Positions 40,925 to 51,871 are shown, numbered from the stretch's first letter. The stretch is DNA of 64,000 nt from Sedimentisphaerales bacterium (GCA_963666285.1 OY762711.1); one strand, 5' to 3'. Notes: generated by a model from the sequence alone, not told the origin. Made by a program: numbers and translations.

Positions 40925-41132
40925 CAATATTAACCAGTTGAGAAAGTTAAAACAACATGAAAATCACAGGCTGCGAAACCATCAAAAACGATAATATACA
41001 GCCGGAGACAAACGTTATTCTAGAATAGCTCGATATGTGCGCATATGCCTATCTATTGCTAATGCAACGGCATAAAGCCTGTGGTTTGTTAACCGCCTTG
41101 ATTTACTTTATGAAAAACATATAATTAATGAA

Positions 41133-41675
41133 ATGATAAAAAAAGATATACTAATTACCGGTTTCGAACCATTTAATGAATTCAAATCAAATCCGAGCGG
41201 ACTTCTTGCCGCGGCAATGGAAGAGCAATTCACCAATAAGATCAATAGTACAGTCTTGCCTGTTGATTACTTTTCTGCCAGACAAAATCTGTTGGCTCTA
41301 CTGCAAAAACACAAACCGACAGTATGCATTTGCATGGGGTTAGCCAAAGGCGATACGTTCCGTATTGAAACCAAGGCCCGCATACCCAAAGAATACTCAT
41401 CTATTGACGGTCGGAATGAATACCTATCATTGATACCGGAAAACATTAAAACATACTGTGATAGAGAGTGCAATTTCATACTATCAGCAGATTGCGGGCA
41501 ATATGTCTGCGAAGCGACTCTCTGGACCTTGCTTGACTTTGCTGACAAAAATGCTATACCTTCAACAGCGTTTTTCCTGCATGTTCCCGCTATAAGTCAA
41601 AACTGGCCGTATTCAAAAATTCAAAGAGTCGGCATGGATTTCCTTGAGTTTATAACAAATGAGTTATCACAGTAA
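41133..41675 (+). CDS. pcp: Pyroglutamyl-peptidase I (peptidase C15)
   Basis: ILITGFEPF...NPS, RIE, GQYVCE, FLHVP (Glu-Cys-His triad). Confidence 0.85.
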   Translation: MIKKDILITGFEPFNEFKSNPSGLLAAAMEEQFTNKINSTVLPVDYFSARQNLLALLQKHKPTVCICMGLAKGDTFRIETKARIPKEYSSIDGRNEYLSLIPENIKTYCDRECNFILSADCGQYVCEATLWTLLDFADKNAIPSTAFFLHVPAISQNWPYSKIQRVGMDFLEFITNELSQ

Positions 41676-42165
41676 GACAGTTGGTTTTCCTACAATTTTA
41701 AAGCTTGTTTTCCAACCATTTTTTAATAATTCCCGAAATTTACTACATCTATAAAATATACTATCGTAACCATTTCTGAGAATATCATTAAATCCTACCT
41801 TAAAAACATATATAGTATTGTAATATATTTATTGCCATGTAGTTACGTACAAAATGTACAAATAATACAAATATATGAGACTAACGAATTTAGTTATTTA
41901 CCCTTACAGCCAACAAATAGTTTTATATTTAAACCATCATTAAGAATAAAATTGCACAAAAATCACTTTTTTACTGCCTAAAATGATTTTTACTTTTTTT
42001 TGTTTTCTTTTGTAGTAGAGTATACTTTATATATATCCCATTGAAAAAAAGTCATAAGTTAATATTGGCATTATAATCAACTTAACGGTTTCTCATTTGA
42101 ATACACACGTGGACTCCGTGAAAGTAGTCTCTAATAATTTCTAATAATACTCGGAGGTATATGAA

Positions 42166-43086
42166 ATGCGTAAAGATAAAAAAGGTTTTACATTAATTGA
42201 ACTGTTGGTAGTAATTTCAATCATTGCTTTACTGGTAAGTATTCTTATGCCTGCCTTGAATAAAGCTAAACAGCAGGCATACACAACAACTTGTCTCGCT
42301 AATCAGAAGGCATTGATTATGGCATGGACTATGTATAACGATGACAATAGTGATACGATGGTGTGTCACTATGTAATCTCTGATACTATGAAAGGTGGCA
42401 GTCGTCCTCACAGCTGGGTAGAGCCTCCGCAAAACCCTGAAACCGGAGCCTTTTTAGGTGGTTGGGGGAATCTTGAATCTTTTCAAAATTCCGGCGGTAA
42501 TATCCAGAAAGCCAGAGAAGCAGGTATTGAAAATGGAGCGTTGTGGAAATATATCAAAGATGTTGAGGTCTATCATTGTACAGGTGACAAACGTTTTCAA
42601 GATGCTATAACAGATGCGCAAGTGTATCGTACTTATGGTATACCGGCAGGGCTGGGGTCGGCAGGCGATTTTAGATCTGAAGGTGGACATAATTCATCTA
42701 CATACATCAAAAAAGCGTCAAGTATTAAATACCCTACAGAAAAGTATGTTTTTGGTGAAGCATCGTATGATTGCTTTTTCGGAAAAAGAGACAATTCTGG
42801 TACGAATTATCTCGATCAGTATATTTTGGACCTTGGAACGTATTACCATTGTTTGAAGGATGGTCCAGAACTTTCATTATGGATACCAAACTCAATTTGG
42901 CATAACAATAGCTCAACTTATGGTTTTGCTGATGGTCATGCAGACTCGCATAAATGGTTGACAAAAGATATAATAGAACATTTTAAAGATCGTATAACCA
43001 ATATGAAACAAACCCTGGAAGTTCCATATACAAATGAAGATGCAATATGGCTCTTTAGACACTATCCTAATTCTCAGAATTTTTAA
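42166..43086 (+). CDS. Prepilin-type N-terminal cleavage/methylation protein with H-X9-DG motif
   Basis: GFTLIELLVVISIIALLVSILMPALNKAK; HNNSSTYGFADGH; GGAGG RBS. Confidence 0.9.
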   Translation: MRKDKKGFTLIELLVVISIIALLVSILMPALNKAKQQAYTTTCLANQKALIMAWTMYNDDNSDTMVCHYVISDTMKGGSRPHSWVEPPQNPETGAFLGGWGNLESFQNSGGNIQKAREAGIENGALWKYIKDVEVYHCTGDKRFQDAITDAQVYRTYGIPAGLGSAGDFRSEGGHNSSTYIKKASSIKYPTEKYVFGEASYDCFFGKRDNSGTNYLDQYILDLGTYYHCLKDGPELSLWIPNSIWHNNSSTYGFADGHADSHKWLTKDIIEHFKDRITNMKQTLEVPYTNEDAIWLFRHYPNSQNF

Positions 43087-43120
43087 TTTGTTTTAACAAA
43101 AATAGATATGTTAGTTTAAT

Positions 43121-43156
43121 CATAAAAACGCCTGATGTTAATCGGGCGTTTTTATG
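43121..43156 (+). terminator. Intrinsic terminator
   Basis: CATAAAAACGCCTGAT-gtta-ATCGGGCGTTTTTATG. Confidence 0.8.
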
Positions 43157-43360
43157 TGGTTATGGATTGAATAACCGGCCTCGCAATAATTATCTCGTTG
43201 AATCTTTCTGTTTGATTTGATAATCTATACTCATAACAGTTGAAAATGCCTGTTCAAGCGTAGTGTAGGTGATTACATTATCATTACTTACCTTTCAAGC
43301 AATCGGACAAAAACCATACACTATGTGTATAACTGAAAAACAACAAGAACAACAGCTAAT

Positions 43361-44182
43361 ATGACTCAACAAGATAATATGCATAGTAATACAAAAAATA
43401 CCACTATAGTACGATGTGAAAATATATCTTTTCTCCGCGGAGATAAAGAAATATTACAAAACGTTTCATGGGAAATTGAGCCAGGCGAAAACTGGGCGAT
43501 TCTAGGCGCCAATGGTTCCGGCAAAACTACATTTCTAAAAATTATCACTGGTTATGAATGGCCGACCAAAGGCAAAGTAGCTGTTTTAGGCAATGAATAT
43601 GGCAAATGCCAGCTGCATCAGGTACGTAAAATGATCGGTTGGGTAAGTAATAACATATCCACAATAGTACCACATAAAGACACCGCAATCGAAATAGTTA
43701 CATCCGGCATAGAAGCGTCTATAGGGCTGTATCGACAATACAGTGAAGAGGAATTTGAACGAGCTATGGCATCTTTGGAGATGCTTTCTTCAGCTTATAT
43801 TGCCAACCAGAAATATGCCACACTTTCGCAGGGCGAGCAGCAGCGAACACTTATAGCCAGAGCGTTGATAAATAAGCCTAAACTTCTAGTACTGGATGAA
43901 CCTTGCAGCGGGCTTGACCCGGCAGCCAGAGAGCATTTTCTCAAGGACATTCAAAGCATGGCTAACCATCCTAACGCCCCGGGGATAATCTATGTTACCC
44001 ACCACATCGATGAACTACGGGAATGGATTAACAATGTTCTGGTTATCAAATCAGGTAAGCTACTTGCCGCCGGTAATAAAAACTGCGTCTTAACAGATGA
44101 AATTCTCAGCCAGGCATTTGACTGCAAATGCAGAGTATTAAATAAAAGCGATAATTATTCCCTAATAATTGAGAATATTTAA
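43361..44182 (+). CDS. ABC transporter ATP-binding protein (ModF-like, orphan)
   Basis: GANGSGKTT, LSQGEQQR, LVLDEPCSGLD, VTHH. Confidence 0.9.
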   Translation: MTQQDNMHSNTKNTTIVRCENISFLRGDKEILQNVSWEIEPGENWAILGANGSGKTTFLKIITGYEWPTKGKVAVLGNEYGKCQLHQVRKMIGWVSNNISTIVPHKDTAIEIVTSGIEASIGLYRQYSEEEFERAMASLEMLSSAYIANQKYATLSQGEQQRTLIARALINKPKLLVLDEPCSGLDPAAREHFLKDIQSMANHPNAPGIIYVTHHIDELREWINNVLVIKSGKLLAAGNKNCVLTDEILSQAFDCKCRVLNKSDNYSLIIENI

Positions 44183-44246
44183 GCCAGCCTTTCATCTTAT
44201 TATTCAAGCCATAGTCTCTTTCCAAACAATCTCCAGAAAATGAATC

Positions 44247-45845
44247 CTAATTCAGCTTTCGAACCATGACTTCAATATCCTTCCGGTCTTCAAGCAGTTT
44301 CAATAATCCATTTACATCTGTTTTTCCATAATGGTAGGGATAAAGCATTTTAGGCTTAAACGACTTTGCGGCATCAGCAACCATTTCCGGGGTCATTGTA
44401 TACGGCTGATTCATCGGCAGAAAAGCAATATCAACCCCCTGCAATGTCTTCATTTCAGGTATAATTTCAGTATCGCCGGCTATATACACCTTAGTTCCGT
44501 CAAAATCAAGAATATAGCCGTTTCCCCTGCCTTTGGGATGATAAGGTTCGCCATCAGAACGCTTACTAATAATATTATAAGCAGGTACCGCTTTAACAGT
44601 AATACCCTCGTACAACGGGCGACTATCGCCATTTTTCATTAAAATACCATCGGCAATCTTCGCTTTGCATGAATCTGTCATAATAATACGACAATTATCC
44701 TGTCGAGCCTGCTCCACAGCCTTTGGGTCAAGATGATCTGCATGTTCATGAGTTATAAGAATAACATCAGCCTTAGGCAACTTTGAATAATCAGCCAGCC
44801 TGGACCACGGGTCAATATGGAATATTTTTTCATGGTATTTAATCATTAATGTGCCGTGACCGATAAAGGTAATTGCCATCTTCCCTGCATCAGTTTCAAT
44901 AATATCAGTTTTAAAACCGGCAACAGAATCAGACTTACTAAGAGTACGCTGAAAAAACTCGATAACAGGGTCATTAACACCTTCAATACCCCAAAATCCA
45001 TGACCGCCGCCTTTTACGACTATCAATTTAACATCACAACCTGATTCGTTTAGTTTATCGTTTAGTAATTGACTTTGCTTTAAAGGAACAATATTATCCT
45101 TGTCACCATGCATAATTAAAAAGGGAACTGCATCTTTATTGACATGTGTTAACGGGCTGGCCAGTTCTGCGACATGTTTTTTTTCAGATAGTGTGCCGCC
45201 AAGTAATCTATCCATAGGCGAAGTTCCATTTTTAAATATTTTATTGGATTCGGGATCATTCGGCATAGACAGTAATTCTGACGGTCCATACCAATCACAT
45301 ACCGCCTGAACATCACTTGAAGTATCCAGGTGTTCGCCAACAGTACCTTCGAGCTCCTTATTACCATTTGTTGTGCCCAACAGAGCAACCAGATGACCGC
45401 CTGCTGAATCGCCCCAAACACCAATGTGATCAGGATCAATGCCATATTGGTCAGCATTAGCCCGGAGATATCTAATAGCGGCCTTGCAATCGTAAATTTG
45501 GGCCGGAAATATGCCGACATCAGTCAGACGATAGTTAATACTGGCAACAGCAAAACCATGATTGAGCAAAGGCAAAGCAAGACAGAAATCCTTGCTGCCG
45601 GCCTCCCAGGCACCACCGTGTATAAAAACCACCAGCGGCATCGGAGCTTCAGCTTTTGGGGTAATGTATAAGTCCAGGGCCAAATCCATATTATCCACTG
45701 TCGCATAAGTGATATTTTTTTTCACAGTAATATCTTTACTATAAGGCTGGGCCTTACAGAAACACCAGCTGCCGGATATGAGAATAATTGAAATAGAAAA
45801 GTAAATTGAAAATTTCTTATAAAAGTTGTTATTTAACATAGCCAT
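44247..45845 (-). CDS. Fusion of an alpha/beta-hydrolase (HSL-like esterase) and an MBL-fold metallohydrolase
   Basis: HGGAW, GDSAGG, HGDKD, GGGHG; then FIGHGTL, IDPW, THEHADH, YIAGDT, PYHY. Confidence 0.85.
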   Translation of the reverse strand: MAMLNNNFYKKFSIYFSISIILISGSWCFCKAQPYSKDITVKKNITYATVDNMDLALDLYITPKAEAPMPLVVFIHGGAWEAGSKDFCLALPLLNHGFAVASINYRLTDVGIFPAQIYDCKAAIRYLRANADQYGIDPDHIGVWGDSAGGHLVALLGTTNGNKELEGTVGEHLDTSSDVQAVCDWYGPSELLSMPNDPESNKIFKNGTSPMDRLLGGTLSEKKHVAELASPLTHVNKDAVPFLIMHGDKDNIVPLKQSQLLNDKLNESGCDVKLIVVKGGGHGFWGIEGVNDPVIEFFQRTLSKSDSVAGFKTDIIETDAGKMAITFIGHGTLMIKYHEKIFHIDPWSRLADYSKLPKADVILITHEHADHLDPKAVEQARQDNCRIIMTDSCKAKIADGILMKNGDSRPLYEGITVKAVPAYNIISKRSDGEPYHPKGRGNGYILDFDGTKVYIAGDTEIIPEMKTLQGVDIAFLPMNQPYTMTPEMVADAAKSFKPKMLYPYHYGKTDVNGLLKLLEDRKDIEVMVRKLN

Positions 45846-45985
45846 ATATCTCCTTTTGTGAACATGCCTTAACTAGCAGTAATATTTGATGTTGGTTTAA
45901 GCGATTGCATAATTGCATCTTTTCATATATATTGACGTTATTGTGTTTAGAAGTCAATAATTGTTTTCAATGAACAGGAGCTGAT

Positions 45986-47077
45986 ATGTCAAAAACCAAG
46001 AACTACTTCAAATCGACATATGCTATAATTTCAGCACTCATATGTATGTTTATTTCCGGATGCTCACAACTAAATCAAAATAGAAACCCTATTGCCAATG
46101 ATAAAAATATGGAAGCATACCTGCTGACATATTTCTCAGATGATACTCACAGCCTGCATTTCGCATTGAGTACAGACGGCTATACTTTTACGGCAGTAAA
46201 TAACGGAAAACCTGTTATTGACGGCAAAACCATTGCCAGCCAGAAAGGCATTCGCGACCCACATATCACCCGCGGACCAGACGGTGCTTTTTACCTGGCA
46301 ATGACTGACCTGCATATATTTGCTAAAAGAGAAGGATTGCGTGATACGGAATGGGAAAGACCGGGAGAAAAATACGACTGGGGCAATAATCAAGGTTTTG
46401 TCCTGATGAAATCATTTGACCTGATAAACTGGACCCACCATAACGTTTTGTTAACCAGGGAATTTCCGGAACTAAAAGAGATGGGTTGTGCCTGGGCACC
46501 AGAAACAATCTACGACCCGGAAGCCAAGAAAATGATGTTGTATTTCACAATGAGAATGGGGCACGGACTGACTAAGCTGTACTATGCTTATACCGACGAC
46601 GATTTCACAAAACTTACCACCCTGCCGCAGCCGCTTTTCGAGTATCCAAACCCGAAAATTCAGATACTGGATGCAGATATTACCCCTCTGCCGGATGGAC
46701 GCTACTGTATGATGTACGTGGCCCAGGAAAATCCCGGCGGTATCAAGATGGCATTCTCTGACAGCATTAACAAAGACTATGTATATAAACCTGAACAAGT
46801 TGATTTCGAGCGGGGATCCTGCGAAGCTCCAAATGTCTGGAAACGTATCGGTGAAGATAAATGGGTGCTGATGTATGATATCTTTAGTATTCGCCCGCAC
46901 AATTTCGGTTTTTGCGAGACTAGTGACTTTGTGACTTTTGAAAATCTTGGCCGTTTCAATGAAGGGGTAATGAAAACCACAAATTTCACCTCACCGAAAC
47001 ATGGTGCAGTTATTCCAATTACCAGGAAAGAAGCTGAGACACTGGCAAATCACTGGCAAATGAAACTGGAATTTTAA
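45986..47077 (+). CDS. GH43 family glycoside hydrolase, lipoprotein
   Basis: Lipobox ISGC; GIRDPHI, AWAPE, ILDADI, CEAP, PKHG. Confidence 0.85.
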   Translation: MSKTKNYFKSTYAIISALICMFISGCSQLNQNRNPIANDKNMEAYLLTYFSDDTHSLHFALSTDGYTFTAVNNGKPVIDGKTIASQKGIRDPHITRGPDGAFYLAMTDLHIFAKREGLRDTEWERPGEKYDWGNNQGFVLMKSFDLINWTHHNVLLTREFPELKEMGCAWAPETIYDPEAKKMMLYFTMRMGHGLTKLYYAYTDDDFTKLTTLPQPLFEYPNPKIQILDADITPLPDGRYCMMYVAQENPGGIKMAFSDSINKDYVYKPEQVDFERGSCEAPNVWKRIGEDKWVLMYDIFSIRPHNFGFCETSDFVTFENLGRFNEGVMKTTNFTSPKHGAVIPITRKEAETLANHWQMKLEF

Positions 47078-47097
47078 TTTTTTGTACGGATTGAAAA

Positions 47098-48087
47098 ATG
47101 AAAAAGATTATTGTTGCACTAATATTAGTATTTATCCTACCACCGGCATATTCTCAATTCAAAAGGTTTGAACCAAAAGAGAATATAGAACTGAACTCTA
47201 TAAGGCTGAGCGATCCCTGCATCCTGGCAGATAAAGATACTTCTACTTACTATATGACCGGTACCGGCGGCATGATGTGGAAAAGTAATGACCTGAGGAA
47301 ATGGGATGGTCCTTACAAAGTTGCAGAAACCGATCCGGATTCATGGATGGGACCGAGACCGATGATCTGGGCCGCGGAACTGCATGCCTATAAGGGCAAA
47401 TACTATTATTTTGCGACTTTTACCAACAGGGACGTTGTTATCGATACGGTTAAAGGAAACGCTATCAACCGACGCGCAAGCCATGTACTGGTCAGTGATA
47501 AGCCTGACGGCCCTTATGTGCCAATGGCAGACCCTATCTATCTGCCGGCTGATAAACCAACCCTGGACGGTACATTCTGGGTCGATACAGACGGTAAGCC
47601 ATATATGGTCTACTGCTATGAATGGCTGCAAAACTGGAACGGGACAATCGAAAAGATTGAATTAAAGCCGGATTTAAGCGGCAGCATCGGGCAAAGGAAA
47701 ATACTGTTTTTTGCCAGCGATTGTCCATGGAGCAAGACAAGAGACCAATACGACAGGTATCTATTCAACAAAGTAACCGACGGACCTTACCTGTTTAAGA
47801 CTCAAACCGGCAAACTGGGCATGATATGGACCAGCTGGGTAATGGGCGATTATACCCAAGGTGCGGCATATTCAGAAAGCAGCACACTGGACGGGCCCTG
47901 GATACAGGAAAAAGAACCAATTACCCCGCCAAACTTCGGACACGGCATGCTGTTTCGCACTTTTGATGGCAAACTGCTAATTAGTGTCCACAGCCATAAG
48001 GAAGAAAACGGACGAACAATTCGAATTCCACACCTATTTGAAGTTGATGATTCAGGTGATAAGATCGTTGTGGGCAAGGAATATTGA
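47098..48087 (+). CDS. GH43 family glycoside hydrolase, secreted
   Basis: LSDPCILAD, WAAELH, TLDGTFW, VTDGP, GHGMLF. Confidence 0.87.
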   Translation: MKKIIVALILVFILPPAYSQFKRFEPKENIELNSIRLSDPCILADKDTSTYYMTGTGGMMWKSNDLRKWDGPYKVAETDPDSWMGPRPMIWAAELHAYKGKYYYFATFTNRDVVIDTVKGNAINRRASHVLVSDKPDGPYVPMADPIYLPADKPTLDGTFWVDTDGKPYMVYCYEWLQNWNGTIEKIELKPDLSGSIGQRKILFFASDCPWSKTRDQYDRYLFNKVTDGPYLFKTQTGKLGMIWTSWVMGDYTQGAAYSESSTLDGPWIQEKEPITPPNFGHGMLFRTFDGKLLISVHSHKEENGRTIRIPHLFEVDDSGDKIVVGKEY

Positions 48088-48110
48088 TATCGACCTGTTA
48101 GCTCAAGATT

Positions 48111-48449
48111 TTACACCTTGCGCACAAATTCAGACTTGAGCATCATCGCGCCGAAACCGTCAATTTTGCAGTCGATATTATGGTCGCCCTCTACCAGCCT
48201 GATATTTTTGACCTTTGTACCTGCCTTTATACGTGAGCTTGACCCCTTAACCGGCAGATCCTTTATCAAGCTGACAGTGTCGCCGTCAGAAAGAATATTG
48301 CCGCTTGCATCCTTGAATACCGGGCCAGACGGTTCGGCTTCAATGGTCTCAGGATTCCATTCATAGCCGCATTCCGGGCAAACAACGAAATCTCTATCCT
48401 GATAGGTATAGTCACAATTACATTTTGGGCAGGCGGGTACTTCGCTCAT
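48111..48449 (-). CDS. yjdM: Zinc-ribbon protein YjdM (PhnA-like)
   Basis: CPKC...[33 protein letters not shown]; start MSEVPA at 48449. Confidence 0.9.
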   Translation of the reverse strand: MSEVPACPKCNCDYTYQDRDFVVCPECGYEWNPETIEAEPSGPVFKDASGNILSDGDTVSLIKDLPVKGSSSRIKAGTKVKNIRLVEGDHNIDCKIDGFGAMMLKSEFVRKV

Positions 48450-48849
48450 AATCTTTCTTCTTTCTCTCTTAATATCAACGGCTCTACAGCTTTCTTCAGC
48501 TTCGCAAAAGTCTATAATATAACATATTTCGCTGAAAATGTCACTAAAATTGGCATTTTGAGTTTGAAATACGGGCACCCTGCTGTATTTCCCTATAAAC
48601 GAAATAGTCGCGTCATTACCATCCGATAAAGCCGGTCGTGTCAGTTATCTTCGACAATCAACTGCCCTGAATCCACATATGCGATTCTCTTTTTACCTTT
48701 ATAAATGCCCTGAATTGCCGGGCGACTATTGTGAACTGTAGCCGCAGGCTGTTGACCGCCAAAAGAAACCGGCTTACCAATCAGAGCAAAACCGCCTTCT
48801 GCCGGCTTATAAAATGCTGCAACATACTGTCTATCAGGGTTTTGACAGA

Positions 48850-49056
48850 TTAGCGTCTTGCCGTTCTCCTGCGAATAACCATCCTCCAGATGATAAGCAG
48901 TATGTACACCCCAACAACGCCGAGACTGGCCGCCAGGGACGAATGGGTTTCTAACAAATCATCAGTTCCAGAAATAACCACCGGATATTCTGGAATATTA
49001 CTGCAGGATGCTAAAAATGTTAGAAACACAAGAATTATTAATGTATAAATCTTCAT
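48850..49056 (-). CDS. Small putative lipoprotein with C-terminal transmembrane helix
   Basis: GGAGG RBS, MKIYTLIILVFLTFLASC lipobox, hydrophobic C-terminus followed by basic residues. Confidence 0.5.
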   Translation of the reverse strand: MKIYTLIILVFLTFLASCSNIPEYPVVISGTDDLLETHSSLAASLGVVGVYILLIIWRMVIRRRTARR

Positions 49057-49176
49057 ATTGACCTCCAAAAAACATCAAGATTTTTTGAATTCAGATACAG
49101 GATTATACACCCTATGCGGCGTAAAACTCCCTGTCCTACACTAGTTATATAATTATTCATATTTGAAACTTTAGTT

Positions 49177-51546
49177 TTATCTTGTCATTGAATACGGCCT
49201 GGCTTCCTGCGACACCGCCCATTTTCGATTGGGAACAGGCCCCATATTGAAAATCAGCTTCCCACCGGCAACTATCTCTTTATGCCACAGATAGCATCGT
49301 TCCAGAGACCTGCCATTGAGAGTCACGGACTGAATATATATATTATCAGTAGTCAGCTCTTTTGCCTCAATAACAAATTGTTTATTATTTTCCAGATTGA
49401 TCACGGCCTTATCAACACAAGGACTGCCAATGACGTACTGGCTACTACCAGGAGCTACAGGATAGAAGCCCAGGCAGCTAAACAGATACCACGCCGACAT
49501 CTGACCACAATCGTCATTACCACACAAACCGTCAAATGTCGGTTTGTACATAGTGTTAACAATTTGATGCACACGCTCTTGTGTCTTCCATGGCTGGCCT
49601 GCATAGCAATACAAATACGGTACGTGATGGCTGGGCTCATTGCCATGCACATAATTACCGATCATGCCCACACGTGTGACATCCTCACTGCCGGCTATAT
49701 CCTCGTCAGAAACTTCCATTGTAAATAGAGTATCCAACCATGTTACCAGCTTTTGGTCTCCGCCAAGCAGTTGGATAAATCCCTTTGGATCATGCGGAAC
49801 ATAGAGTGAATAGTTCCAGGCATTACCTTCAATATAACCCTGGCCATGGGTACTCATCGGGTCAAATGGTGTTTTGAACGAACCATCGGATAACCTGGCA
49901 CGTATAAATCCAGTTTTCGGATCAAAAATATTTTTGTAGCTGTTAGCTCGTTTGTAAAATTCTTCGGCAACGTCATGCTTACCAGTTTTTTCGGCAAATT
50001 GAGCTATAGTCCAGTCATCATAAGCATACTCCAGGGTCTTGGAAGCGGAGCTGCCGCTCTTATCTTCAGGGACATAACCACACTTTTCATAGGCATCGAT
50101 CCCGTCATAAGGACCGTATGTAGCACTGGAGACTACCGCTTCAAATGCAGTGTCAATGTCAAAGCCGCCAATGCCCTTCATGTAAGCATCCACGATCACC
50201 GGCACCGCGTGGTAACCAATCATGCACCAGTTGTCATTAGCATAATGAGACCATACCGGCAAAATCTTATGTACGCTCTGCTGGTAATGGGCCAGCATAG
50301 AGTTGACCATATCGCCAGTACGCTTCTGCTGTACTATTGTAAAAAATGGATGGAGAGCTCGGTAGGTATCCCACAGGGAAAAGATGGTGTAATTGGTAAA
50401 ATCCTTCGGCTGATGAATGTTTTGATCCAGCCCGCGATATTGGCCATCTACATCCGCATAGATAATCGGACTCAGAAAGCTGTGATACAGTGATGTGTAA
50501 AAGCTGACCATCCGGTCTTTAGAACCTCTCACCTGTATTTTAGACAGTTCCCGGTTCCACTTATCTCGAGCAGATGCAGCCACTTTTTCAAAATTCCATC
50601 CCGGCATCTCTTCACGCAGGTTGTTCATCGCCCCCTGGCTGCTCACCGGTGACAAAGCAACCTTAACCAGAACTTCTGAACTATTCCTGGTATCAAAGTC
50701 AAAGTGACACTTGAGTTTTTTACCGGTACGTTCCGGAAAATTGTCATCCAGCTTAAACTTGCGCCACCAGCCGGTATATGTCTCCCGCTCATCATTTTTC
50801 AAACCGTAAGAGATAAACGGTTGAGAAAATTCCATGGCAAAATAGACATAGCGGGTACGGGCCCAGCCATTAGTCTGACGGAAGCCCGTGATCAGATGGT
50901 CATTTTCCACCCGGACAGAAGACCAGACCACCTTGCCGTCGTAGTTATAGATACCCGCGGTCATATCCAGGATAACATGAGCATCGGCCCCCTTGGGAAA
51001 TGTCACCTTATGCAGACCAACACGTTCGGTTGCAGTCAGTTCAACGTCAATATCATAGTCGTCCAGATGCACCGAATAGTAACCGGGTTTTGCAGTTTCC
51101 TTGTCATGGGAAAACCGGCTTCGATAGCCTGTCTCAGGAGCTTCCCGGGTGCCCGGCTCTAATTGCAGCGGTCCCACTGTCGGCATAACCAGCAAATCTC
51201 CCAGGTCAGAGTGGCCCGTACCACTGAAATGCGTGTGACTGAACCCAACAATCGTGCTATCCTGATATTGATAGCCCGCACAATAGGCATAAGCGTTGGG
51301 ATTATAGCCGTTGCCCAGGCTGTAAGGCTGAATATCTGTGTCCGGGCTAAGCTGCACCATACCGAACGGAACAGTAGCTCCAGGATAACAATGCCCCATA
51401 TCGTGGGTTCCAATTATGGGATCGACATAATCTACCGGATTTATCTCCAATCCGGAAGTATTATCGAAACTCTGACACCCTGCCAGAAACATACCCAAAA
51501 CCATCAGCGTCGCACTAAACATACTTTTCATTTTTGTTGCTTTCAA
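49177..51546 (-). CDS. GH92 alpha-mannosidase, lipoprotein
   Basis: Lipobox LAGC; PGATVPFGMVQLSPDT, FSLWDTYRA, SKTLEYAYDD, HGNEPSHH, GNDDCGQMSAWY. Confidence 0.94.
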   Translation of the reverse strand: MKATKMKSMFSATLMVLGMFLAGCQSFDNTSGLEINPVDYVDPIIGTHDMGHCYPGATVPFGMVQLSPDTDIQPYSLGNGYNPNAYAYCAGYQYQDSTIVGFSHTHFSGTGHSDLGDLLVMPTVGPLQLEPGTREAPETGYRSRFSHDKETAKPGYYSVHLDDYDIDVELTATERVGLHKVTFPKGADAHVILDMTAGIYNYDGKVVWSSVRVENDHLITGFRQTNGWARTRYVYFAMEFSQPFISYGLKNDERETYTGWWRKFKLDDNFPERTGKKLKCHFDFDTRNSSEVLVKVALSPVSSQGAMNNLREEMPGWNFEKVAASARDKWNRELSKIQVRGSKDRMVSFYTSLYHSFLSPIIYADVDGQYRGLDQNIHQPKDFTNYTIFSLWDTYRALHPFFTIVQQKRTGDMVNSMLAHYQQSVHKILPVWSHYANDNWCMIGYHAVPVIVDAYMKGIGGFDIDTAFEAVVSSATYGPYDGIDAYEKCGYVPEDKSGSSASKTLEYAYDDWTIAQFAEKTGKHDVAEEFYKRANSYKNIFDPKTGFIRARLSDGSFKTPFDPMSTHGQGYIEGNAWNYSLYVPHDPKGFIQLLGGDQKLVTWLDTLFTMEVSDEDIAGSEDVTRVGMIGNYVHGNEPSHHVPYLYCYAGQPWKTQERVHQIVNTMYKPTFDGLCGNDDCGQMSAWYLFSCLGFYPVAPGSSQYVIGSPCVDKAVINLENNKQFVIEAKELTTDNIYIQSVTLNGRSLERCYLWHKEIVAGGKLIFNMGPVPNRKWAVSQEARPYSMTR

Positions 51547-51871
51547 ATATAAGTAATGTGAATTTTAACTATCCGAGCCGCTTTTGCACACTCTAACCGA
51601 CTCTTTACAAATCTTTTTTTCAGAGTAAATTATAACAATTTTGCAGGTTAATACAAGCAGGATAATTCCACAACACTGCGGCCGGGTGCATCCCTTGCCG
51701 GAAGTAAAATATGTTGTGGATCGATGGTAGTTGGATTATAATCATTATCGGTCGCATCGTTCACTGGCATATATGCCCCGGCAGCGTTCGCTCAGTTATG
51801 TGTCGAAACCAGCTGCTGCAAGGATAACACTAAGCCGGAGAAAATGGAACTGAATTAAGGAGTCAATAAGA

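Noticed and set aside
48580..48849. Coding-like minus-strand fragment (NPDRQYVAAFYKPAEGG...)
   Set aside because: It has no start codon or recognisable family; it may be a decayed gene but cannot be supported.
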